DNA of 64,000 nt from Owenia fusiformis (GCA_903813345.2 CAIIXF020000001.1:48608001-48672000); one strand, 5' to 3'. Positions 39,801-52,700 are shown, counted from the stretch's first letter. Notes: generated by a model not told the origin, from the sequence alone. Made by a program: numbers and translations.

Positions 39801-40962
39801 TCTAAATATTTTATTATTTAGCACCTACAAAGTATTGCTAATAACCATATGTAATTTCAATAAGGAAACTTATCTGGCTACATATAAATTCAATATCAAC
39901 ACTAGCTGTTCTCTCAACACGTCCTGGCTTACCTTGTGGTGACAAACCCTGGATTTTCGCTATTTATAGTTTATCAACACCTGGACGCATGCGCATTTTA
40001 TAGTTTATCGGGCACTTTAAGCCGTTTTCAGTGAGAAGTCAGGGGCATTCAGATCAAGACTGTGGGATGACCATGGGTTCTCCGTCCTAGGAGAGATAAT
40101 CTTCTCATAGAAATGACTAGTGAGCCAGGCTATGCTATCATTAGAAGTGTGAGGAGTAGCTACATCCTTCTAGAACCACTGTTCTTGTCTATTGAAGCCT
40201 CTATGTCACTCTAGAACTGCCTAGAACTTCCTGGGAACGCCAATATTGCGCTGTGTGTTAACAGTAACAGTGTTGCCATTATCAACCTCAAACCAAAAGG
40301 GGCTGATGATTTCATGTTTGGAAATTGGCAGCCCAAGCTGTGCATTTAACAGAATGAAGGGGCCTTTGAAGCACTTCATCTGGAATTTGTGATCCCAGAA
40401 CACATTATTTCTTGACTTTCCATGTTCAGAAAGAAGGGAATGTGATTCATCTGAAAACCTAACATTGGAAATGGATGACATTTGGAGCATATTTTGAAAC
40501 GGCCATAAGTCTATCAATATAAGATTATGATTATTGAAACTTTGCCAGAGGATCCCACATTGAATGAAGTCCCTGTGTGCCAAATTTCAGAGCAATTTAC
40601 CTCCATTTAAGAAAAATATTGAAGAAATGGAGGGTTGCATTTTTTTGGGTCACCCTGTATAACCAGTGTACAATACTAGCTAGGATCATAGGTACAATAT
40701 CATATGACTATTCCAGTGAACCACATAATTAACAATGGGCGGGTATAAGATCAACAGAAAGAGGATAGCAATGGTTCAATGATAATGGTCTGTCTTTATC
40801 TTATTTTTAAATGTTACATCCCTCTGTATATTACAGGTGGACCTGGCAGACATCAAGAAACGCTACAGGGAGCTCTTCAACAGTACACTGGTGGTTGATG
40901 TACAGAATGACACCTCTGGGGATTACAAGAAACTCCTCACTGCAATAATTGGCACCGACTGA
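30819..40962 (+). CDS. Annexin (four annexin repeats, short N-terminus), 8 coding exons
   Basis: Exons 30819-30836, 31497-31590, 32270-32478, 32789-32876, 33152-33300, 34473-34665, 35120-35232, 40837-40962. Motifs AFVGLGTDE, AMKFGTCE, AGEANENGTDE, SLAGIGTDD, DTSGDYKKLL. Confidence 0.92.
31149..31436. repeat. 160-bp-period tandem duplication in annexin intron 1
   Basis: GATTGATTGTGACAATGTGC...AACATGTTGGGCAAC at 31151 and again at 31311. Confidence 0.85.
33448..33754. mobile_element. MITE with an internal 21-bp tandem repeat (about 4 copies)
   Basis: TIR TTTATCCTATGCCAAGTAGAGTTT / AAACTCTACTTGGTATAGGATAAA; repeat unit CCCGCTTCCGGTGCATATCTT at 33546-33650. Confidence 0.75.
33758..33897. repeat. 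Palindromic hairpin element (MITE-like)
   Basis: GTTATGTAC..GAGATATGCACATCTACCT-loop-AGGTAGATATGCATATCTC..GTACATAAC. Confidence 0.7.
35446..40657 (-). mobile_element. Defective Tc1/mariner element, DD41D (rosa/Visitor) type, split by a nested insertion
   Basis: Roughly 170-bp TIRs starting CAGGGTGACCCAAAA, with a TA TSD. Transposase relics FSDESH..PFWFE..TVTVN..WF*KDVATPHTSN..DLNAPDF at 40480-40034 continue as YIWGYLKDNVYENNP at 35784-35590. There are 41 residues between the second and third Asp. Confidence 0.88.
35785..40033. mobile_element. 4.25-kb nested insertion with a 4-bp TSD and CAC-like ends (Chapaev/CMC-like signature)
   Basis: AGAA flanks both sides; ends are CATTCAAAAC and GTTTTCAGTG. 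Removing the insert plus one AGAA restores the reading PDFYIWGYLK. Confidence 0.75.
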
Positions 40963-41781
40963 TTCAAATACTCTCAAATCATCCAGTCATTATATTATGA
41001 GTTCTAAATAATAAAGTGGACTGGAATAGCATACTGGAAATGCAATATTTGGATGTAAATAACTTCATTTACCAAATGGACATGGACTTCCAAGGTTGAT
41101 CCATTATATGAAAACCATTTATACCTTGAGATAGAGATATTCCCTAAAACCCATGAACCGAATAATCAGCATATTCTGCATATCACGTTTTTTAAAGTAC
41201 CAAGCATGTCTGAAGCCAGGGGGAATTGGGAATCTTCTTCAAGCCTCCCACCCATCAAAATTTCATCCAGGAAATATTTGAATTCTTACCTTTGAACTTT
41301 TCTTGAATAATATGCTTTTCGAGATGTTGGTGTAAAGTTGCCATTTTATTAATAAAATTTAGCATTGTGACAACATGTAAGCAATTTCGAGCTCCCCTGA
41401 AAAACTTGAACTTTCTCCTGATGATAGCTGCTTATGGGGCTGTAGTTTTTTTTTTTTTTTTTTTTTTATACATAAATTTATTCCTTTAGTAAACAATAGA
41501 AGACATGCAAGTTTATAAAAAAACATTAGAGGCTGTAAAGTAGACAGACACTGATGTTTTATAAAATTGTACAAAGTGTAAAATAAGTCAATAACTTTTA
41601 TTGTTTTATGCTTGGTCATAAAGAAAATATAAATCTGGCAATCTAAAAATAACTGAATGTTTATCTATCTTTCTACATTTATTCAAGGTGTTTCTACCAA
41701 GTTCAGTTTCTTGGTATTAGAAGATAAGCACTGATGCTCATTAAAGTAATTGAGTATTCATTAGGGTTACAGCAAATCTCA

Positions 41782-44700
41782 TCATTTCAAACCTACGAAA
41801 TAGTCCCTCATCTCTCTAAGTGCCTTCCCTCGATGAGATATTGAATTTTTGGTTTCCTTTTCCATTTCAGCATATGTGTCTTCAAAGCCATCAGGCTGGA
41901 AGCAGGGGTCCCAACCAAAATCAGTTGGGCCCCTTGGAATGACAATTTTTCCATCGGTTTTTCCTCTGAATAACTGTACAGAGTCATCTTTGTTTCCTGA
42001 GTGATATGCAAATGTACAGAGAGCATATGCAGACTTGTCCTCAAATCCCTCAAGCATTTGGTGGAGTCCTGAAATACCATGTCAAAATCATGTTCTCTTA
42101 GAATGAAATATTATTTCATCATTTCAAATATTATACAGGAAACTAATATCAAATAATAATATAAATAAAAATGATGTAAATTCATAAAACTGTAAAACCA
42201 GTGTACAGTGAACACCTATGGGGTCACAAAAATGTGTTCATTATAGGTAGGTGTTCACTGCAGAGAGGAGATTTTATGCAGAAGACATGAGTATGTGCTG
42301 AGAAGGGGTGTTCACTAAGACAGGTTTTCTAAACATGTAATATCTTATTAAATGGAGGAGTTTTTCTTAAACAGATGATATGAAAGAAAGCACAAAGAAG
42401 AATGATAATGAGATGTCTTGATTCTTTAACATTTTTAACATCTAACAGTTGGTATGATAGGTAAATAAACATTAATTAGAACTCCAAATGTAAAAACATA
42501 AGGGATACCAAACTTGTACAAACAACAATGCTTCTTCAAGGAATCTAAATAAGGTCATGTATCTGATGATGCATACTTTATAATGCTATCCAATGTACAG
42601 TATAGTGCTATTTACAATATACTCTTACCTTTAGGTTTCAATTTATCAAGAAACCACTTGATGTATGGACCAGGTAGACCTCCCAGTGCATTGAAACACA
42701 GGCATGTGTCTTCTACTACCACTGGTCCTTTTACAATCTCTGCAGCGGATTTACATTTAGCAATGGAGACATCATCAGGTTCTCCCTGGTATTCTGGTAG
42801 ATCTATCTTCTCATTGATCACCTGATAGAAAAACAATTTAAATTCTATTAAATATGCATTCAATGTATGTAATGTATTTACTTCATTTTCTTTTCACACT
42901 TTAATTTTCTTTATAATATAATAGTACCCTGAGTTCTCTCGTGGGCTTTCAACTCTAATTGAAAGCCCATTGTTCTCTCAATAATATTTTAAGAACATTT
43001 TTTGCATTCCATTGTTTCATGTATCACAACTTTTCAAGGCATAGGTTCTGGACCGATATAAAGATGGCACACTAACAGAATCCAGTATTATCTTTTTCTC
43101 TGAGAATATTTATAAATAAACACAGATCGATTACCATGCCATCTTTATTTTAAAATTATTCCTATCAGCCTTTGCCTATGTTTCAAGGCATGGCCGCCCC
43201 AATATAGACATACTGTACAGTGTACAATGATTCTTCAGTTTTTCTCCAATTACTAATGATTACAGTCTCAAATATAGATTACATTCTTTGTTTGGTTGAG
43301 GTTTTCCCATCAATTCTGGTCTAAGGTTCAACAATAGTAAAGTTTTGAAAATTCATAATCATAGTTCATCTATATTCAATATCTGCTAACATAACTCAAC
43401 TCCATTAGATAAGGCTACAGTATCCTACAAATCTCTAACCAATGTGGTAAGAACCTTGATACTGTATCAGTGAGTCAAAAACATACATACATCTCAAATA
43501 TCTGAAATATCTGTTGTTCTGTTCTTTGAAGAATTCATACTATGAAAAGATGTATATGTGTATGTCTGATTCATACCTTATAAGGGAAAGATGTCCCAAG
43601 AATTTGTCTCACTTCTTCAAGCTTCTTTATGTTTCCAGTAACAAATGTTATGGACCTAGACATGTTCTGAAAATATAAAAGATTTATAGGCCTTAAATTT
43701 TCAAAATGTGGGCCCAATTTTTGGATTATGGGGCCCAAAAATTGCTTCCACACAAGCGCAGAATTTTTTTTAATGATTTGAAATGTGGAACCCCCCCCCT
43801 TGTTAGCTTCTGGATCCGCCAGTGCAAACCCTCTGAGATTACATGTACTTGAACTTTCGAGATCTTGGATAGCAGGTACACTAACTGTGTAGAATTAACT
43901 GAAACAAGAATTATCAGTATTCTTAGCCATCAAACATATCTGTAAAGTGAAAGAAGTTATTTTTCTCTTAAATTTAGGTTTCTTGGAAAAATCTGATAAT
44001 TCTTACTGGTAATTCAGGAAAAATTGGGATTTCTGTAAAACATTAGGAAGAAATCAGGGTTTTTAAAAAAATCAGGCGAAATATCGTGGGTACAAAAACT
44101 GAATCAACAATTCTACGGCATAAGGATTTTTTTCTAAATACTGGTAAAAACCAGGAGAAAATAGGGATTATTAAAAACAGGAGAAAAATCAGTGTTACAA
44201 AACTGAATTGGCAATTCTGAAAAAACTCAGAGATTATTGTTTTATTTCTAAAAATTGGGCTTGTTTGGAAAAGTTCGGTGTCAATGGTAGACCTTCCAGA
44301 AATGTGATGTTGTATGAGGTTCATTCTGATCAAGACCCAGTATGCAATATATAAAAATCATTATGAACATGATGTGGTAGAAATAATTTAGATTTCGAAA
44401 AATACTATGAAAATGTAGTCCGTTTCAAAATTCTATAGAGTCCTTTGAATTTAAAAAATAAGAAATCAAATGACCATCTTACAACAGTATCTGAAAAATA
44501 GAAACATATGTACAAGGCCTCACTTTTGTATATTTCAAATAGTTAGTTATAATGTGGAGGAAGGCTGTAGCCATGTTTTTTTTCAAAATGGCAGAGAAGG
44601 GTTTGTAGAAAAAACCGGGTACCGGATACTGGGTAGTAAATCCTCCATGCTGGGTTCAAACTTGGTACCCGGTCGAAAAAAACGGGTACTCAAAAAACGA

Positions 44701-46463
44701 AAAAAACGAATATAACATAATTAGATCATTAGAAAACTTGTAAGAGTTGTTTTAAATTTACAAAAATGTATGTATCTTCCTTCAAAATTGAGCTAGAAGC
44801 TTCAAATAAAAACCATTTTAAGGCTCTTTTCTTCCTCTATCATCATGGTCATATTTTCATTGGTTATGGGGGGGGGGGGTGCGATCGCACTATCGAACCC
44901 CCTCATGGCTACACGTTATATATTCGAATTTTTCGTTTTTTGGGTACCCTGTTTTTTCGACCGGGTACCGGGTTCCAAGTTTGAACCCAGCATGGAGGAT
45001 TTACTACCTGGTACCCGTTTTTTTCTACAAACCCTGGCAGAGAAGCATCAAAATATTATAAGAGGCCACACATATGATTGCCAAACTACAAAACCAGGGC
45101 TGTCAACTTGGGACCATCTAACATGAGTGACTTCGAAATGTTGAACACCTTCCTTCATAGGTGTGAATATTTTCGAAACAAATGCGTGATATATACACAT
45201 ATTTTGTACCAAATGCGTGACATAAACGACAATCGCGTGCAAAGACCGAACGGAATGCGTTCGCCTTTTTTCGCCGTTCGCTTTTTTACCGTATCAGCAT
45301 TTCACAAAAAAAAAAGATTTTTAAAAATTTCAACAAAATGCGTGATTTGCGTGATATTTGATCATACACTCTAAATTGATGCATGATTTCTATTTTTCCA
45401 GCAAATGCGTGACAATCACGCCTGAGACTAACATAAAACAATTTTATGTTAGTCTCAGATCACGCCTAATGCGTGAGGGTTGACAGGGCAACAAAACAAA
45501 TCAGAATATACAAATGTTGAACAAATGTTTCTGTTTTTACATATATTGTTGCTATATGGTATTTTGATTGCTTAATTTTTAGATTCAAAGTACTAAATCT
45601 GGTATTATTACGCCAAAAGTAGTGCGAAAATGGCATTTTTACTGCTTGGCATAAAGTTTCTCATCCATTTAAGACATAGTTCAGGTTTCACATCTATTAC
45701 ATGATGGAAATGGCTGATCCAGACCAATTGTGTTTGTTTCATGGTGAAGCAGAGCTATCAGAGAATGTCAGAAAGGTACGTACACTGTAGTTATTCTAAG
45801 TTTAGTATCGTGACCTTGACCTTAGAAAAACATGTGAATTTGGGCGATAATTGGTGAATTGAAAGCGAAAATGGGTCATTTTTTGTAGATTTCCTTTCCC
45901 CATCCCTAGCAAAAAATTGAAGTGATAAACCTACCCTCAATTTTTGATATGTTTGTTGTCTTGGATGGCTCTAGATGATATTTAAGTTTTAAAAAAATTC
46001 TATGTCAGGAAATATTTGAAAAATAAGTGCTTTTTTGGTAGGTTTGGTGCTTTTTTTACCCCAATTTTTTAAGGAATTTGCATGGTTGCTATGGTTACCA
46101 TGAGATCGCGGTAGCCAAGACAACTTGATTTTTGAAGCTTATCTATAAGGTGATGGTTTTGCAAAGTTTGGTGGAAAACGGGTCAAGGATGATACACAGT
46201 CATTCGGTCCAGTGTTGCAGATAGTAAATCAGCAAATCAATGGTGGAGTCCTACCATCTGACGGTAGCAGGCAACTGGGCGATAATAGCACGATTAGTTT
46301 TTGTTTTTGTAATTTTTGTCAATATCTTAGATCAATATAATTGTCAGCTCCATCATATCGAACAAAATTATTTAGGTTCTCGTTAACATAGATAGAGACC
46401 TAAACTGTTGCACTATGAAGACTATAAAATAGAAAACAAAACATTATTTTAAGAACTCACCAT
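41782..46463 (-). CDS. ITPA: Inosine triphosphate pyrophosphatase
   Basis: Exons 43666-43577, 42821-42629, 42068-41782. Motifs [56 protein letters not shown] probable first exon ends ATG|GTGAGT at 46461; an in-frame ATG also lies at 43663. Confidence 0.95.
44598..45035. mobile_element. hAT-like MITE with an 8-bp TSD
   Basis: About 110-bp inverted arms starting AGGGTTTGTAGAAAAAA; GGCAGAGA duplicated on both sides. Confidence 0.8.
45095..45489. mobile_element. Degenerate hAT-like MITE
   Basis: CAGGGCTGTCAAC ... GTTGACAGGGC, with flanks TACAAAAC / AACAAAAC and internal TGCGTGA repeats. Confidence 0.55.
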
Positions 46464-46789
46464 GACCGGAAACGGAAATTATTAAATTTTCCCGGGAATT
46501 CATTTTTTCGCACAAATTAAATTCAATTTCCCTCTAATTCATATCTTCAAATAGCATTTAAAATGTAGATTTAGTTAATATTCTTTATTTTAAATTGCTT
46601 TAGTAGAGTAACCTCAACACATATGTTTATTTTAATATTTGCGCAAATGCAAAAACTAAACTTCAGAAAAATACCTCGCGTTAGATCCACCATTACAAAA
46701 TGGATGACAGAAATCAAAATTCATCCAGATTTCGTTACAATAATACCAATTTTTATTAGATTTAAGTAACTTTTAAAGCGTGCGCCACC
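46464..46789. promoter_or_regulatory. Probable bidirectional promoter between ITPA and HBS1L
   Basis: Divergent first exons with ATGs about 330 bp apart. CCGGAA/CGGAA ETS-like motifs lie next to the ITPA exon. HBS1L has a perfect Kozak context, GCCACCATGG. Confidence 0.65.
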
Positions 46790-49700
46790 ATGGCGAGACA
46801 CAGGAATGTACGCACTATGAACTACGAGGACGGTAAGTATTGAGTATTCAGTGATATTCTTCAATTTTGGGTTTATGCCGAATTGTTTGTCTTTTTTTTG
46901 TGAAAAAATGCCCGGCAAAATCACCCAGTCGAAAAACATCGGTTTCTATTTATCCCGTTCCCGGACTATAGTCCTGCACTGATCGCATTCATTTGCCTGT
47001 ACGATTACAACTTGGGAGAATTATCTACGCCCCTTACACTTAAGATACCTACCTCAATGCATTATAGAACTCAAGATGTAACTTCTAATATATTGGAACC
47101 GCCGATTGTCTGGGTATATCGGTAGAACGAGAACATTTTCTCTTTTTCATCGAGAGAGATTCCATCACTTTTCAAAATGGCGGTTGGATTTAAACGGGGA
47201 ATCCCCCGTTTTGCTGTCCCGGATGTAGCCCGGAAGTACCAATATGGAGGAATTTGACGGTTGAAAAAGGTTAAATGTTACACGCAAATATTGCGATCAA
47301 AAACGAAAATGTCTTCGTTCTGCCGATAAACCCAGACAATTGTGGATTCAACTACACGAAAAGAATGCTAAATTACCAAGGAATCTATTGAAGTAGGTAT
47401 CTGAAGTGTAAGATCAGTAAAAAATTCTCCCATGTTGTAATCGTACAGGCAAATGTATGGGCTCCGTACAGGACCATAGTCCGGGAACGGGATAAGTTTC
47501 TATATATTCATCCATACTGGAGATTATATTGCTCTAGATTATCAACAACATTTTCCTTTACAAATCAGTCTTCTTACTAGAATGGGTATGTCATAATTGT
47601 GTTGCACACACAGGATGAGGATATTATCGCCTAATTTGGTCAATGGGCGATGGAGCATCAATTTGGATGGTCGAGGATTTTGTGCACATGTCATTTGTAC
47701 AGATAGTTTATTGTGATTGCTAAAAGAAAGCATAAATACCTTATGAGACGACTTTGAAAGAATTTGGTTTGAATTGCCGTCACATAAAAGCTCGCCTGAG
47801 CAGGAAGGTATGTCAGCAATAATTCGATTGGCTGTCTTGGTGATGTGACAATGTTTCAGATTGGGAGTTTTTATCGGGGAAATACTGACTGAATCGCAGG
47901 GATTAAAGAGAGAGAAATTCTAGCTCTTGAAGCCCTATGATCGGAGGGTGGCCATAGAGTGAAGCCTCCTCTTATTTAAGATCAAAGTCCAGCTACAGCG
48001 TACATGCAGATATCATTAATGATATAAATAGAGTTGAAATACTCTCTGCCTCGAGACTCCTCAGAAGGATTTTTGTTAGAACAAATATTGTTCTCCTCTT
48101 GTGAATTACCCTTGATAACTTGTAGTTATGTAATTAATCCTTTTATAAGATGCATGTTAAATATGCATATCCCAGGGTGCATATACCATGTATCCTGAAT
48201 CAAACTTCCTATATGTGTAAATATTAGGGGCTTCAATAGAATATCCGATAAAACCATTATTGAAAATTTGAACATACAAAGTTTTGCATTGCATTTCTCA
48301 AAAGCCCGTGATTTCTTGAAGAACAGACAATTTTAAGCATTTTTATTCCATTACTGATACTCTAGTCTAATGGACTGCTTTAACACTAATTAATAAAATT
48401 GTTAAATTTTTCTTTTTTCAGAGTATGATGGTTACGATGATGTCTATGGTCATTCCTTTGATGACAGTGAGATATGTGCATCCCCTGCAACTGGTAATAT
48501 ATGTTACATATATGGAAAGAAATTTTACAGAAAGATGATAAGTAAATCATTTTAAGAATTCACATTAGGGCACATATCCTCAAATTTTAACCCTTCATAA
48601 TTGATGGATTATTTATTACAGCCTCTCAGTTCATGTTCAACCGTGATGGTGGCACACATGCCTTGTCATCATTTATGCACAAAGAATCCTCCATACCTGA
48701 GGAGCTACAAGAGGACCTGAGTGATGAGGAGACACAACCTTTGAATGATTCTCGTAACTACCAGAGACCAAAACTTAGTGATATTGATGAAGGTAAGTGG
48801 ACATGGTCATTATTATTTTTCAAATTGGCAATACAACTTCTATCTTAAATGGCCATAAACTTTGTAGTAAATTCTGAAGCGATCTCAAACATTTCTGTAT
48901 TTTAACAACTGAGAATGGGATTACATATTGTACTGTGTATGTATTGGCTCCTTTAATTAATTAATAAATACATGTTTTATGAATTGACAGCTCGGCTCAA
49001 CTCGTGTCTAGAGGAGATTCGTAATGTACTTGGTGACTCTACTCCAGAGCATGTTCTCATTGAAGCAATCTTGCAACATCAGTTCAACTTTGAGAAGGCG
49101 TTAGACCACCTCCTATTACAAAAAGGTAAATGTGCATGTATTTACATTTGAAGTATTGATGACTGTTACTTTGGATTAGATCTATGAGCCACATGAAATA
49201 AATTCAAAGGTCTGATCTTGTTTGAAGGGGGAGAGTGTAATTCTAGAGCAATTCTACATAATGGGCTATACAATCTATTATCACAATACATCTTGGATTA
49301 TAACTTAATGTTATTATTTTTTAGAAGCTCCTAAGGAGCAGCGACCACCAAGAGAATCAAGGAGAACAGGTGAGACATGTTGCTTAATACATGTTGCATT
49401 GTAATGAGCTTCTAGTCATCACAATGTTTGACATGCTCTCTATGATCTTGTCTTAAAAACTTATTATTTTGTTACGTTTTCATTCTCAAGTTTACCATTA
49501 GAATTAGTGTATATATATAAAATATATAAATAAATGTGTTTAAAGGAGCAAGTTGAAAGATCAATGTCACCAAATAAGCTATATATTATCAGTTAGGGGG
49601 GAGGGGTGTCTGAAACAAAAAATAAAGCTTCTCCGTCATTGATCCCCGGGGAATTGCATCAGCAATTTTTCGTCCCACAGTTCTCTTTGCATGCGTCCAT

Positions 49701-52700
49701 ACTTTTTCACTGTCATGTCAAAGCCAATATATAAAACCACATCTAATGAATATGAAATTCTAGTCAACTAGGTACATGATGATATATTTTGTGTCAAACA
49801 ATTGTTGTTTGTTGTTCAACAATTTCCATTAATAGTAAACAGAGGTAGGGGGGGGGGGTGTCTGGGACTTAACTGATGATTTATAGCTTTTTGTGCTACA
49901 TTGAACTTTCGACATGCTCCCTAAGTGAAATAGATATGTTGCAATATTTTATAAGCATCAGGTGATGGGTAAATAATCCACTATTAAATCAATGCCATTT
50001 CTTCTTTTTCTTTCATGTGCTGAATCTGTGTTCTGGGTGATTACTTGATATACTGGACATATTTTTAATACTGCTTACATATTGTGGCCATCTTCTACTT
50101 GGGATATATTATTGTCTTTAACTTGGCAATGGTAAGGTAAGATGAAGAATGTGACTCTATGTCCTTTACTTTAGAGAAAGGGAGAGTTGATCCCCAATTA
50201 CCTGTTAATCCCATTATATCTAATGTTAAACCTCCACCTGGATTTAAAGCTATTTGTCATAATGAAGTATCATCCCCTGGTTTAGATAAGTCCACTGTAT
50301 CCACTCAAAGTAAATTATCAAGTTATCAAATTAAAAAAAATACAGGAGCATCCCCAATTATGTCACTTGGTCAGTTGACAGAAGCTCATACAAAAAGCGC
50401 AAATCAGGAAACAAGTGAACTTAACACTGGTGAAATACAAAAAGGAAAATATGGAGAATCCAAAGGGAAAGACCAATTTGCTGCTGAAAAGTCGAAGCAA
50501 GGTGAAGATATACCGAGGTCTGGTATGTCATTGTCAGCATTAGCAAAACAACATCAAACTCCTTCACCAGATTCAGTTTCTCAGACATCAACGGTACAAA
50601 ATCCAAGTCTGTCCATGCTAGCAGGAAAACATGCTGGTTCTCCTGGACAGGGGCTCTCATTGTCTGCCATAGCAAAGCAACACTCTTCCAATCCATTACC
50701 ATCTTCTGGCCTGTCATTATCTGATTTAGCCAAGCAACATTCTGCAAGTCCACCCCATTTCAGTTCTGGTGTATCATTGTCTGATTTAGCCAAGCAACAC
50801 TCTTCAAGCCCAACTCATTTCAGTTCTGGTGTGTCGCTGTCTGATTTAGCCAAGCACCACTCTTCAAGCCCAACTCATTTCAGTTCTGGTGTGTCGCTGT
50901 CTGATTTAGCCAAGCAACAGTCTGCAAGTCCACCCCATTTCAGTTCTGGTGTATCATTGTCTGATTTAGCCAAGCAACACTCTTCAAGCCCAACTCATTT
51001 CAGTTCTGGTGTGTCGCTGTCTGATTTAGCCAAGCACCACTCTTCAAGCCCAACTCATTTCAGTTCTGGTGTGTCGCTGTCTGATTTAGCCAAGCAACAG
51101 TCTGCAAGCCCACCTCATTTCAGTTCTGGCGTATCATTGTCTGATCTGGCCAAGCAACACTCTTCAAGCCCAACTCATTTCAGTTCTGGTGTGTCGCTGT
51201 CTGATTTAGCCAAGCAACACTCTGCAAGCCCACCTCATTTCAGTTCTGGTATATCATTGTCTGATTTAGCCAAACAACACTCTTCAAGCCCAACTAATTT
51301 CAGTTCTGGTGTGTCGTTGTCTGATTTAGCGAAGCAACATTCATCAAATCCATCATTATCACAGTTAGCTAAAGAGCATAAAGAGAAACAACAATCATCT
51401 GTCTTAAAGCACGACATGGAGACAAGCCGTGGTAAAAAAGTGTTAGGATCATCACAACAAGGGAACAAAGGCAGTGTTTCATTTATCAAAGTGGTCACTG
51501 CCAACAACAGGACCAAAACAAAACCTGACTCAGCTGCTCAAGACCCGCTCAAGAAGTTCTCTATCTCAAAGATGAAGACAACAAGGCTCAGAACTGAAAG
51601 TGATAAGGAGAATATGGAATCGAACTTTGAAGATTCAACTCCTTTCAGTGATACCCAAATTGCTCAAGAATTAATTTGCAACAAGCCATCTTTCTTTGGC
51701 CGGATATTGTGCTGTAAATATACAGGAAATGAAGCTGACAATCACAATGCACAAATTATTAATTTTAAAAGGTTTTCGTATATGCTTCAAAGCAAAGAAA
51801 AACCTACTGCTATGAAAAAACCTCTGCATGAAATTGTTCCATTTTTATTTTTTACTCCCTCCCCTGATGACTTAGTCAAGCAAAGACAGTCTGCAGCATA
51901 TTCTCGGACAGGTAACATATGTTGAGATTGATGAATCTTATGTACAGATATTTGTTATTGTATAGTATTTGTCTTGTTTACTCTTAGAGTAGTATTCATG
52001 TACATCAACATTACAACTGATCAATTCATATTACTAATATAACCTGTTGTTCCTCTTCATCTATCATCAGTTAGCTAAGTTATGCATCTCATAGCTTATA
52101 TCATGTGACTTTGACAAATCAAAGAATACGAAGCATGACAAATGTATAATGAATTTCAAATTTTTGCTTTTGTGTATTTTGATTGATAAACTCTGTGTAA
52201 CAATGATATGGTTAACTCTCATTGATTTCTTGTTATAACTGTAAGAAGATTGTGTAAATTGTGAATTTCAATTGAGCACATTTCAGATGCACTGACTGTA
52301 ACAAAATGTATAATATCTGAAAAAATCTGATTTCACTTTATCCACAGGTCAACAAAAATTTGGCAGTGGTGTATCAAAACCAGCATTCACACTAGGGTCA
52401 CCTCCTAAACCCCCAAGCTCCTCGGCTAACCCTGGAGGTGCACGCTCTAAGAATGAACCAGTAAGAAATACAACAGAACCTCCCAAGCAAAATGCTACAC
52501 AACAAGCTACAAGGATGAAATTCACAGGAAATAACACTAACAAAACCAAAGGATTTAATGTTGATAAGGACACAGCAAGGACAAAAACAGGCCCAAAAAT
52601 AATTCATTCAAGTAAATCGGAACCTAGGTTGTCCAGCCTTAGTACAAAGTTTGCAGTAAATAATGATTTTGATGTGAAACAGACTCAGTCAGATGAGGCC

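Noticed and set aside
50704..51345. Regular 60-bp array as a possible CRISPR
   Set aside because: No unique spacers and no cas genes; it is an in-frame coding repeat in a eukaryotic exon.
50159..51925. 588-aa ORF as a standalone nested gene
   Set aside because: An in-frame acceptor, its position after the HBS1 N-terminal exons and the Ski7-like motifs identify it as an HBS1L exon.
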